In this document: in pieces, positions 27,671-36,614 of the stretch
How positions within the stretch are numbered: position 1 is the first letter of the stretch
Layout: every line of letters begins with the position of its first letter
Source of the DNA: an uncultured Bacteroidales bacterium
GTDB taxonomy: Bacteria; Bacteroidota; Bacteroidia; Bacteroidales; FEN-979
Direction: 5' to 3'
NCBI GenBank assembly: GCA_903945175.1
Contig: CAJAUM010000070.1
Coordinates: forward strand, 15,078 to 79,077
DNA: 64,000 nucleotides
Translations under genes and position numbers: made by a program
The notes under the pieces: model-generated
Seen by the model: only the letters and a program-made list of their open reading frames with translations
Database searches by the model: none
What the model was told of the DNA's origin: nothing

Positions 27671-28275
27671 ATTTTTTCCTGTGAAGTTCGCAATATCTGA
27701 TAGAGAAATTCCCTGGCCCTGAAGAGCTGGGCCTTCACAGTACCCAGAGGCAAATCGAGTTCCGTGGCAATTTCTTCATAAGACCATTCCTTGAAATAGC
27801 GCAATTCAATCAGTTGGCGGTAATGTGGCTTGAGTTTTTCCACCACATCATGCATCAACTGAATCTTCTGCTTTTCGATGATTTTTTCTTCAGGATCAAG
27901 ACCATCTGACGGAATGTTGGAAGGCGCATCCTGATATTCTCCGTCGTCGTCAAAAAAATTATCGGCAAACTGAATCCGCTTGTTCTTGCGTAAAAAATCA
28001 ATGCAGTTATTGGCCGCAATCTTGAAAAGCCAGGTACTGAAAGCAAATTCAGGCGTATATTGCTTCAGGTTTTTAAATGCTTTTCCGAAGGCTTCAATGG
28101 TGAGATCATCGGCATCGGTGGCATTGCTGGTCATCTTCAGCATCATAAAATAGAGGGAATCGCGGTATTTATTCAACAGTTCGGCATAGGCCTGCTGATC
28201 TCCCTGATCGAGGGCCAGTTGCACGAGCACATAATCGTGTTGCGCCTTTTCAGTCAGATGAGCCGCTACTTCCAT
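27667..28275 (-). CDS. ECF sigma-70 factor (SigW/RpoE-like)
   Basis: DADDLTIEAFGKAF, FSTWLFKIAANNCIDFLRK, SYEEIATELDLPLGTVKAQLFRAR. Confidence 0.92.
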   Translation of the reverse strand: MEVAAHLTEKAQHDYVLVQLALDQGDQQAYAELLNKYRDSLYFMMLKMTSNATDADDLTIEAFGKAFKNLKQYTPEFAFSTWLFKIAANNCIDFLRKNKRIQFADNFFDDDGEYQDAPSNIPSDGLDPEEKIIEKQKIQLMHDVVEKLKPHYRQLIELRYFKEWSYEEIATELDLPLGTVKAQLFRAREFLYQILRTSQEKI

Positions 28276-29399
28276 CGGGTCGGTTTATAAAACACATTGG
28301 AAATCCAGGTAGCTGCATTGAACAGCAATAGCAAAATCTCAAAAAACAGAAGAAAGGGCACCAGGTCTCTTTCATTCAGTTGTTTCAGGCATCGGGCAAA
28401 GACGATATACTGAAAAACCAGCCTGATGATAAAAATCCCGGCCACCGGAATGACCGACCAGTTGAGCGATAAAAGAAGGATGAAAAGTCCGTAAAACAAC
28501 ACCAGGTTAAAAGAATACAAACCCAGCAGAAACTTATGGTTGAACCTGTAAAGATGACTTGCAGCAAGATGCTTTTTTTTCTGCGTTATCCAGCTCCCCA
28601 GAGTTTCCTTGGGATCCGAAAGGGTATGACTTCCCGGATCGACCATAATGGCCGTGTTCGATTTGCTGGCCACCCGGTTGACAAAGAGGTTGTCATCGCC
28701 GGAATGTATGCGGTAATGGGAGATAAAGCCATTGTTCTTATAGAAAACCTGCTTCCGGTACGAAAGATTTCGGCCCACACCCATATAGGGAACACCGGCA
28801 AGGGCATATGAAAGATACTGGATGGCAATGTGTGCGGTGTCAAACCGGATTAACTTGTTCAAAAGTCCGGGGCTGCGGAGATAGGGACCATAACCAACCA
28901 CCACTTCAATTTTTGGCGTGAATGCCGACTGCATCAGCCGAACCCAATCCTTTGATGCGGGTTTACACTCAGGATTGGTAAGCAGTACCAGATCATGCCT
29001 GGCAGATTTAATGCCAATTGAAAGAGGAAATTTTTTTCCCGAGAAAAAATTCAGCTCCTCCTTAATGGAAATGGTTTTTAAATGAGGGAACTTTTCTTCC
29101 AGATCGGCAAGCAAATAACGGGTATCATCGTCGGATGAATAATCAACCACCAGTACCTCATAATCAGGATAATCCTGCTCAAGGATGAGCGGAAGGCTTT
29201 CTTTCAGATGATGGTATTCATTGTGGGCACAAATAACAACTGAAACCCCCTGGGGATTTTGTTCGGCAGGATGATGCCGGTAACGGCCGAGCCGCCAGTA
29301 AAAAACCCGGTAAAAAACAAGATGCAAAATAAGCGTCAGGGTAAACACGCCCACCAGGATAAGTGGCAAAAACTGCGTATTTATCAGATTATCAGCCAT
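28266..29399 (-). CDS. GT2-family glycosyltransferase-like membrane protein with altered acidic motifs
   Basis: VSVVICAHNE, GKKFPL, GVGRNLSYRK, TM helices at both ends. The DxD position reads TNPEC. Confidence 0.85.
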   Translation of the reverse strand: MADNLINTQFLPLILVGVFTLTLILHLVFYRVFYWRLGRYRHHPAEQNPQGVSVVICAHNEYHHLKESLPLILEQDYPDYEVLVVDYSSDDDTRYLLADLEEKFPHLKTISIKEELNFFSGKKFPLSIGIKSARHDLVLLTNPECKPASKDWVRLMQSAFTPKIEVVVGYGPYLRSPGLLNKLIRFDTAHIAIQYLSYALAGVPYMGVGRNLSYRKQVFYKNNGFISHYRIHSGDDNLFVNRVASKSNTAIMVDPGSHTLSDPKETLGSWITQKKKHLAASHLYRFNHKFLLGLYSFNLVLFYGLFILLLSLNWSVIPVAGIFIIRLVFQYIVFARCLKQLNERDLVPFLLFFEILLLLFNAATWISNVFYKPTRWK

Positions 29400-29518
29400 T
29401 TAAAAATATCACTTTTGAACGGTTCAAAGTTATTCATTATCGCATAACAATAAGCAGGATTGTGTATAAATAAGCAGGATGGTTGAAAAGAGTCCGCAGA
29501 AGAAAATGCAATAACGCT

Positions 29519-29526
29519 TACCTTTG
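29519..29526 (+). promoter_or_regulatory. TAnnTTTG -7 promoter element for tgt
   Basis: TACCTTTG lies 25 nt before the inferred TTG start at 29552. Confidence 0.55.
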
Positions 29527-29551
29527 CCCCGAATCTTCTAATTTAACCTAT

Positions 29552-30682
29552 TTGCAATTCGACATTTTACATCGGGATACGGGCTCTTCGGCCAGGGCGG
29601 GAACCCTCACGACCGATCATGGCCCCATCGAATCCCCCTTTTTTATGCCTGTTGGCACGGCGGGAGCAGTAAAAGCCCTGCATGTCAAGGATTTACGGGA
29701 AGAAATCCAGTCCCAAATCATGCTTTCAAACACCTACCACCTCTACCTCAGGCCAGGGGTGGACATCATCTCCAAGGCAGGCGGACTTCACAAATTCAAT
29801 GGATGGTCGAAGCCAATCCTTACCGATAGCGGCGGTTACCAGATCTATTCGTTAAGCGACATCCGGAAATTCACCGATGATGGTGTCATCTTTCAATCAC
29901 ATATCGATGGGTCAAGGCATGTTTTCACCCCTGAAAAGGCTGTCGAAGTTCAGCGTGAATTGGGCGCCGACATCATCATGGCATTCGATGAATGTACACC
30001 CTATCCCTGTGATGAGGCCTATGCAAGAAAGTCGATGAAACGTACACATTACTGGCTTACCCGCTGTGTCTCCCACTTCGAAAAAACGGCCTGTCCTCAT
30101 GGCTATTCGCAAAGTTTGTTCCCCATCGTGCAGGGCAGTGTCTATCCCGACCTGCGTGTTGAATCAGCCAGGTTCATCGCTGACCAGGGTGCACCGGGCA
30201 ATGCCATCGGCGGATTATCCGTTGGCGAACCCGCTGCCATGATGTACGACATGACCGGCCTGGTTTGTGGCATTCTGCCGGATGAAAAACCACGCTACCT
30301 GATGGGCGTGGGTACTCCTGCCAACATACTCGAATGTATCGCCTTGGGGGTGGATATGTTCGATTGCGTAATCCCTACCCGCAATGGACGAAATGGCATG
30401 CTTTACACCCGCCATGGGATTATCAATATAAAAAATGAAAAGTGGAAGGATGATTTTTCTCCCCTGGAAGCCGATGGAGAAGTATTCGCTGATCTTCAAT
30501 ATAACAAAGCCTTCCTGAGGCACATGTTTGTTTCAAATGAGATCCTCAGCGCCATGATCGCAACCATGCACAACCTCGGGTTTTACATGTGGCTTATGAA
30601 AGAGGCGCGGAAGCAGATTTCACAGGGAACTTTTTCACCCTGGAAGGAGAAGATGGTGAAACAACTGATGCAACGTCTGTAA
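29552..30682 (+). CDS. tgt: Queuine tRNA-ribosyltransferase
   Basis: FMPVGTAG, NTYHLYLRPG, LTDSGGYQ, GADIIMAFDEC, IVQG, PRYLMGVG, DMFDCVIPTRNGR, HNL. The TTG start at 29552 is inferred. Confidence 0.95.
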   Translation: MQFDILHRDTGSSARAGTLTTDHGPIESPFFMPVGTAGAVKALHVKDLREEIQSQIMLSNTYHLYLRPGVDIISKAGGLHKFNGWSKPILTDSGGYQIYSLSDIRKFTDDGVIFQSHIDGSRHVFTPEKAVEVQRELGADIIMAFDECTPYPCDEAYARKSMKRTHYWLTRCVSHFEKTACPHGYSQSLFPIVQGSVYPDLRVESARFIADQGAPGNAIGGLSVGEPAAMMYDMTGLVCGILPDEKPRYLMGVGTPANILECIALGVDMFDCVIPTRNGRNGMLYTRHGIINIKNEKWKDDFSPLEADGEVFADLQYNKAFLRHMFVSNEILSAMIATMHNLGFYMWLMKEARKQISQGTFSPWKEKMVKQLMQRL

Positions 30683-30716
30683 AGATTCAGGTGGCTCGAT
30701 AAGAGAACAAAGAAAT

Positions 30717-32462
30717 ATGCCAGGGAGCTCATTTATGGCCAGATACAACACAAAAGACCTTTTCGTCCGGCACCAACACCTGTTGCCAATACTGATCATC
30801 CTTGGCAGTTGGTTTATCATTAACCTTGTTCAGTCTGTGTTTACTGGTTTGTTTGATGACGAAGCCCTGTTCTGGATGTATGGCGAACGACTCGACTGGG
30901 GTTTTTACGAACACCCCCCGATGGTGGGGTTCATGATAAAAATGGGATATTCCATATTCCACAACGAATTGGGGGTACGCCTCTTTTTCGTAATGGCCTC
31001 AACGCTCTCCGTCTTTCTGCTGATGAAGCTTTCTGATGTCAAAAACTATCTTTTGTTTGCTTCAATTTGCTTGTCAATCGGCATTATACAAGCGGGAGGC
31101 TTTATTGCTGCCCCTGATGTAGCCCTGGTGCTATTCACCCTGCTGTTTTTCCTGGTTTACCGCCATCTGATTGAGCATGATTCCATCCCGCTTGCCTTGC
31201 TGTGGGGAGTGATCATGGCTGCCATGATTTACAGCAAATACAATGGGATCCTGGTGATCTTTTTCACCTTGCTCTCCAATCTGAAACTGCTTCGGAAAAA
31301 ATCGTTTTACCTTGCTGCCTTCGTGGCCATTCTTTGCTTTGTTCCCCATATCATCTGGTCGTTCCGGCATGGCCACCCGACTATGTATTACCATCTGATT
31401 GAGCGTAATTTTGAACAATACAACTACTTCAAATATTTCTTTTCATTCATTATCGGGCAATTTATCATTTATGGGCCCTTTATGGCTGCTTTTCTCTTTT
31501 GGTTCTCCTTTACCTATAAACCAGCCAATCAATTTGAACGCAGCCTTAAATTCACAGCGATCGGGATCGTGCTGTTTTTTCTCCTTTTCACTTTTCAGGG
31601 ACAGGTCGAACCCAACTGGACTGTTCCCGCCTTTCTCCCCATGCTGATCCTTACCTATAAAGGGATTGAAAAGCGATTGTACCTTCATAAACTGATCTAT
31701 ATCCTTGCAGCAGTCGGCTTTGTGCTGATGTTATTCTTAAGGGTCTACCTTGTGTATGACTTTCTGAAATTGCCCCGAAAATTCGTTAACCTGTCTGAAT
31801 TATATGATTGGAAGGATTGGGCAAAAGAGATGGAGAAGAGGGCCGATGGTCGCCCGGTTTTGTTCCTCAGTTCGTACCAGCGTGCTTCAAAATATTCATT
31901 TTATACAGGGGAAACAGCACATTCCGTTGATGGATTCGATGGGCACCGCACCCAATATTATTATTGGGACGACCTTGAAAAGAAGCTCCAGGGAAAAGAG
32001 GTGCTGGTAGCTGGCTATACGGACTGGATGTATATTCCCGGCAAACAGCCTTATAAAGCCAAAAATGGGGTGGTGACCTTTTGGGGTATTGCGAAAAATT
32101 TCAGATCAAACTTTAACGTGACCATTGAAACCAGTATCAGTCCATTAAAATTTCCGGCATCAACGTATGTAAAGATCCCCGTAAGAATATTCAACCCGGG
32201 AACCGATACGCTGCGCTTTGACCAGGATCCGGACCAGCCGTCAAGCCTTGTTTATCACATTCATCTTAAAGACAAATTCGTTGTTTACCAGGAAACGGCA
32301 GCAGATATTTCACACCTGTTGATACCAGGTGCCTACGCCGATACGTTAATGACCATTAAAACGCCCGATGAACCCGGAAAGTATTATTTTTGGGGTTCCA
32401 TTCAAACCGGCTGGCTGATGGCGGGGAGGAACCAGAACTATCAGATTATGGAAATTTACTGA
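30717..32462 (+). CDS. GT-C fold (GT39/ArnT-like) membrane glycosyltransferase
   Basis: LFDDEALFW...LDWGFYEHPPMVG, APD, SKYNG; multiple TM helices followed by a periplasmic tail. Confidence 0.82.
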   Translation: MPGSSFMARYNTKDLFVRHQHLLPILIILGSWFIINLVQSVFTGLFDDEALFWMYGERLDWGFYEHPPMVGFMIKMGYSIFHNELGVRLFFVMASTLSVFLLMKLSDVKNYLLFASICLSIGIIQAGGFIAAPDVALVLFTLLFFLVYRHLIEHDSIPLALLWGVIMAAMIYSKYNGILVIFFTLLSNLKLLRKKSFYLAAFVAILCFVPHIIWSFRHGHPTMYYHLIERNFEQYNYFKYFFSFIIGQFIIYGPFMAAFLFWFSFTYKPANQFERSLKFTAIGIVLFFLLFTFQGQVEPNWTVPAFLPMLILTYKGIEKRLYLHKLIYILAAVGFVLMLFLRVYLVYDFLKLPRKFVNLSELYDWKDWAKEMEKRADGRPVLFLSSYQRASKYSFYTGETAHSVDGFDGHRTQYYYWDDLEKKLQGKEVLVAGYTDWMYIPGKQPYKAKNGVVTFWGIAKNFRSNFNVTIETSISPLKFPASTYVKIPVRIFNPGTDTLRFDQDPDQPSSLVYHIHLKDKFVVYQETAADISHLLIPGAYADTLMTIKTPDEPGKYYFWGSIQTGWLMAGRNQNYQIMEIY

Positions 32463-33538
32463 TGCGAACGATCGACATTTATATCATTAAAAAATTTCTG
32501 GGAACATTTTTCTTTACCTTGATATTGTTGATATTTATTGTTATTGTATTCGACATCTCCGAGAAACTCGATGACTTCCTGCGCCACGATGCACCGCTCA
32601 ATGCCATAATTTTTGATTACTATCTCAACTTCGTCCCCTATTTTATTAACCTTTTCAGCTATCTGTTGACCTTTATAGCCGTGATATTTTTCACATCCCG
32701 CATGGCCTCTGATTCTGAAATCATTGCGATCCTCAGCAGTGGCATCAGTTTCAAGCGGATGATGTTTCCCTACTTTATTTCAGCCCTGGCACTTGGTGTA
32801 TTTTCGTTTTTTCTGGCCAATTTTATTATTCCCTACACCAACCGGAGCATGCTTGCCTTTGAAAAACGGTTTATAAACGACCCCAGGGAATTCAGCGACC
32901 AGAACATTCACAAGCAAGTCAGTCCGGGAACATTTATATATCTTGAAAATTACAACGTCAAGACCAACACCGGCTGGAAATTCACCCTCGAAAAATTTGA
33001 AAAAAACGAGTTGGTGTTTAAAATGAAGGGGGAGCGCATTGAATGGGACAGTTTACGGCTGCGCTGGCGGATTACGAATTATTATAAAAGGAATATCAGC
33101 GAAATGAATGAATCTATAATCAAAGGAACTAAATTAGATACCTTGTTACCATTTAAGCCTGCTGATTTCACCGAAGATATTGAGGATGTCAAGATCATGA
33201 ATTATTTCGTACTCAGGGAGCATATCCAGGACAAGGAGTTGCGTGGAGATCCGGATGTGATAAAATACAAGGTGAAAAAATATGAACGGATTGCATTTCC
33301 TTTTGCCACGCTTATTCTGACTGTGATTGGCGTTTCAGTTTCCAGCCGGAAAGTTCGCGGTGGCATCGGCTTTCACCTTGGATTTGGGTTGGCCCTGACC
33401 TTCATCTACATTCTTTTTATGCAGATATTCACCGTCTTTGCAACGTTTGGCGACCTCCCCCCGTTGATTGCAGTTTGGGTTCCCAACATCATTTTTGGTT
33501 TTATTGCCCTATTCCTGTTCAGGATTGCACCGAAATAG
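32462..33538 (+). CDS. LptF/LptG family LPS export permease
   Basis: MRTIDIYIIKKFLGTFF, SEIIAILSSGISFKR, RIAFPFATLILTVIG, WVPNIIF. The ATG overlaps the upstream TGA. Confidence 0.9.
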   Translation: MRTIDIYIIKKFLGTFFFTLILLIFIVIVFDISEKLDDFLRHDAPLNAIIFDYYLNFVPYFINLFSYLLTFIAVIFFTSRMASDSEIIAILSSGISFKRMMFPYFISALALGVFSFFLANFIIPYTNRSMLAFEKRFINDPREFSDQNIHKQVSPGTFIYLENYNVKTNTGWKFTLEKFEKNELVFKMKGERIEWDSLRLRWRITNYYKRNISEMNESIIKGTKLDTLLPFKPADFTEDIEDVKIMNYFVLREHIQDKELRGDPDVIKYKVKKYERIAFPFATLILTVIGVSVSSRKVRGGIGFHLGFGLALTFIYILFMQIFTVFATFGDLPPLIAVWVPNIIFGFIALFLFRIAPK

Positions 33539-33540
33539 AG

Positions 33541-34353
33541 TTAAAGCAGGAATTCGGCTGTATACATCCCCCTGAAGACATCCCCAACCTCTGGTGGTTT
33601 GTTGAAAAGACCATACACAGCAGACCCGCTGCCGCTCATTGAAGCATAAGCTGCACCCGCATCATATAATTTCTGCTTGATTTCGCCGATTACCGGAAAT
33701 CTTTTAAATACCGGTTCTTCGAAATCATTGGTCACCTTATCCTTCCAAAGTTCGACCGGAAGAAGAACCAGTTCTTTCAGCGAATTTACAGGTTTCGCCG
33801 GTATTACGGCCGGGTAGGCTTCCGCCGTGCTCACATGCACCCCGGGGACAACCAGAAGAAGGGTAAATCCAGCAAGATCAAGAGATATCGGCTCAAACCG
33901 GTCACCCCGCTCAAAGGCATAAAGCGCTCTGTTTTCAATGAAGAAGGAGCAATCGCTGCCCAGTACCCGGGCATACGATTTTAATTGATCGGTATCCAGT
34001 AAAAGGTTAAAATATTCGTTTACCAATCTCAGGGTAAATGCGCCATCTGCTGAACCACCGCCTAGTCCGGCTCCCAAAGGGATCACCTTATGGAGGTGCA
34101 TGTTAACTTCCGGCAATAAATATTCAGATTGCAGCAAACGAAAAGCTTTGATGCACAGGTTAGTTTCAACCTCACCGGGGATGGGCAATCCCGTTGATTG
34201 GAATGAAAATATTCCATCGTCCGCAGAGATGATCTCCACGACATCGTGCATGGGAACTGGAACAAAGATGGTTTCGAGATTATGATAGCCATCGGGGCGC
34301 TTACCAACGATGTTCAGGCCCAGGTTTATTTTACAATTCGGAAAGTAGATCAT
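33541..34353 (-). CDS. ispE: 4-diphosphocytidyl-2-C-methyl-D-erythritol kinase
   Basis: PNCKINLGLNIVGKRPDGYHNLET, KVIPLGAGLGGGSAD, LGSDC, NDFE, MSGSGS. Confidence 0.95.
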   Translation of the reverse strand: MIYFPNCKINLGLNIVGKRPDGYHNLETIFVPVPMHDVVEIISADDGIFSFQSTGLPIPGEVETNLCIKAFRLLQSEYLLPEVNMHLHKVIPLGAGLGGGSADGAFTLRLVNEYFNLLLDTDQLKSYARVLGSDCSFFIENRALYAFERGDRFEPISLDLAGFTLLLVVPGVHVSTAEAYPAVIPAKPVNSLKELVLLPVELWKDKVTNDFEEPVFKRFPVIGEIKQKLYDAGAAYASMSGSGSAVYGLFNKPPEVGDVFRGMYTAEFLL

Positions 34354-34380
34354 CGCAATACATGTTAAAATCAATCTTCT

Positions 34381-35571
34381 CTATTTATCCGGAAAGCTAA
34401 CCGGTCTTAAAAGATCCGGATTAGCCACAAAGGCGCTGTCGGTCAAAGTCAGCAGGAATGCTTTAATATCCGCAAGCTGCTTTGGATTGAGCCGGATGCC
34501 CCCGGTTCCGATGTGATGCATCAGCGGGCTGATGTAGGGTGACCAAACCAGGTTGTTGTTGTAAAATCCAAGAACTTCATCGAGGGTTTTAAAACGTCCA
34601 TCGTGCATATAGGGCGCTGTGAATGCCAGGTTCCTTAGGGTGGGTGCTTTGTATGCGCCAATATCCACCGGGTTCCCCGTAATAGAAAAACGGTCGGCCG
34701 GATCGGCGAAAACTGAATCTTTTCCATTGTTATAAAACAGGGTTGTAGTAAAAAGCGGGTTCCCATCACCTCCATGGCAATGGAAGCAGTCTCCGCCCTG
34801 TTCTGTCATAAAAAGCACATATCCATTTCGTTCATCATTGTTCAGGTTTGTTTCGCCCCGAAGGAAGCGGTCGAATTTGGAATTGGCCGATATCAGTGTG
34901 CGAACAAACTGGGCAATCGCCCGGCCCATATTTTTTACTGTAATCCTGTCGGACCCAAACGCCCTTTTAAAAAGACCGGGATATCCGGAAAGTGACTGGA
35001 AAAGCGCAGCAACCTTCGCCGTGTCGCCGTTTATTTCATGTGGCGCCGTAATGGCCATCCAGACAAAATCCTCCAGGCTCCTTGCCGAAACAGATGGATT
35101 TTCTTCTGAGACTTTTCCGTTCCATAAATATCCGTGTGTAGACCAAACCAGGTTTATCATTGGCATCATGTAGTGCGGAGTAGGAATCCCGGTCAACCCG
35201 AACGGATGTCCTCCCAAAAATTTTGGATGGTCAATGCCACATTCGAACGAATGAGATTGCAAATGACAGGTACCGCAACTCATGAGCGAATCCGGATCTG
35301 TTCGTCCTGAAAGGCGGCCGTCATAGAAGAGATATCGCCCCAGAGCGACTCCTTCAACGGTCATTGGATTATCGTTCGGGATGTTCAGTTCGGTGGGAAA
35401 AAACCGTGGAATTTTTATCTCATACGGTGTTGGAAGGCTCTCAGCAGCATCGGTTTGATCCTTTTTGCATCCGGAGGTCAGGAGAATCATTAAACAAAAA
35501 GCAACGGTCAGCAAAAACTGACCTGGCACCCATACTTTTGAATATAAATTAATTCGTATCAAATGATGCAT
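34381..35571 (-). CDS. Di-heme cytochrome c peroxidase / MauG-MbnH-like lipoprotein
   Basis: Lipobox LTSGC, LGRYLFYDGRLS, CGTCH and CFHCH heme motifs, KAPTLRNLAFTAPYMHDGR. Start uncertain. Confidence 0.85.
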   Translation of the reverse strand: MHHLIRINLYSKVWVPGQFLLTVAFCLMILLTSGCKKDQTDAAESLPTPYEIKIPRFFPTELNIPNDNPMTVEGVALGRYLFYDGRLSGRTDPDSLMSCGTCHLQSHSFECGIDHPKFLGGHPFGLTGIPTPHYMMPMINLVWSTHGYLWNGKVSEENPSVSARSLEDFVWMAITAPHEINGDTAKVAALFQSLSGYPGLFKRAFGSDRITVKNMGRAIAQFVRTLISANSKFDRFLRGETNLNNDERNGYVLFMTEQGGDCFHCHGGDGNPLFTTTLFYNNGKDSVFADPADRFSITGNPVDIGAYKAPTLRNLAFTAPYMHDGRFKTLDEVLGFYNNNLVWSPYISPLMHHIGTGGIRLNPKQLADIKAFLLTLTDSAFVANPDLLRPVSFPDK

Positions 35572-35591
35572 ATGGTTATTTTGTCCATGTT

Positions 35592-36272
35592 TCATTCCAA
35601 CCGCCAATCTATCTCTTCAACGCCATTCTGATGCAATAAATTGTTGATTTGTGAAAAATGGCGGCAGCCGAGGAAACCACGGTATGCGCTCAATGGTGAA
35701 GGATGAACGGTGGTAAGAACATGATGCCGGGAGGTATCGATCAGTGACTTTTTTGCAATGGCATAGCTTCCCCAGAGCACAAAAATCAGCCCCATCCTCC
35801 TGAGCGACAGTTGGGCAATGGCCGCATCAGTAAAGGTTTCCCATCCGTGATTCTGGTGCGATCCTGGCTGGTTCTCGCGAACGGTCAGTGTAGCATTGAG
35901 CAGTAAAACGCCCTGATCGGCCCATTTCGTAAGATCTCCACTCCGTGGCAGTGCCACTCCGGTATCGTCCGTTAACTCCTTAAAAATATTGATCAGTGAA
36001 GGTGGCTTTGGTACGCCATCGGGAACTGAAAAGCACAGTCCATGCGCCTGACCGAGGCCATGATATGGATCCTGACCAAGCAAAACAACCTTCACCTTTT
36101 CAAAAGGGGTATGGTTAAATGCATTAAAAATAAACTTCCCAGGAGGGAATATCCTGTATTTCTTCTTCTCTTCCAGCAAAAACGCCTTCAGTTCACTGAA
36201 ATACAATTTATCAAATTCAGCTCCCAGCACCTCCTTCCAACGCGCTTCAATTACCGGATTCACCTTCTCCAT
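35592..36272 (-). CDS. ung: Uracil-DNA glycosylase (family 1)
   Basis: VKVVLLGQDPYH, GLCFSV, PPSLINI, QGVLLLN, HPSPLS. Confidence 0.96.
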   Translation of the reverse strand: MEKVNPVIEARWKEVLGAEFDKLYFSELKAFLLEEKKKYRIFPPGKFIFNAFNHTPFEKVKVVLLGQDPYHGLGQAHGLCFSVPDGVPKPPSLINIFKELTDDTGVALPRSGDLTKWADQGVLLLNATLTVRENQPGSHQNHGWETFTDAAIAQLSLRRMGLIFVLWGSYAIAKKSLIDTSRHHVLTTVHPSPLSAYRGFLGCRHFSQINNLLHQNGVEEIDWRLE

Positions 36273-36392
36273 CCTCTTATAAACTTTTGTCCGTTAATAA
36301 CTTTACGCAATAAATATTGAAATTGTTTGTTCCTTAATTGGGGAAAATGTAATTTTGCCCGTCTAATTCAACGAAAATCAGGAGTAACCATT

Positions 36393-36515
36393 ATGAAAAA
36401 AGCCCTTTTTGTTATTCTGGCCACTGTTCTTTTAGGTATTGTTTCATCATGCACTTCAAACCAGCATTGTGCAGCCTATGGCGAAAAGCAAAGATACCAA
36501 ACGGAACGTCGATAA
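36393..36515 (+). CDS. Small (40 aa) lipoprotein
   Basis: MKKALFVILATVLLGIVSS-C-TSNQHCAAYGEKQRYQTERR. It has its own TAATTTTG box (36350-36357) and a downstream hairpin. Confidence 0.7.
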   Translation: MKKALFVILATVLLGIVSSCTSNQHCAAYGEKQRYQTERR

Positions 36516-36545
36516 AAAAACTTTTCCATTTGTTTTATATTTTTA

Positions 36546-36577
36546 ATGGGAGGCCCTGGCTTCCCATTTCTTTTTTC
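36546..36577 (+). terminator. Intrinsic terminator after the small lipoprotein gene
   Basis: ATGGGAGGCC-CT-GGCTTCCCAT stem followed by a T-rich run. Confidence 0.6.
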
Positions 36578-36614
36578 TTTTGTACATTTGTTTCCTTCCA
36601 GATTTTCCTTACCC

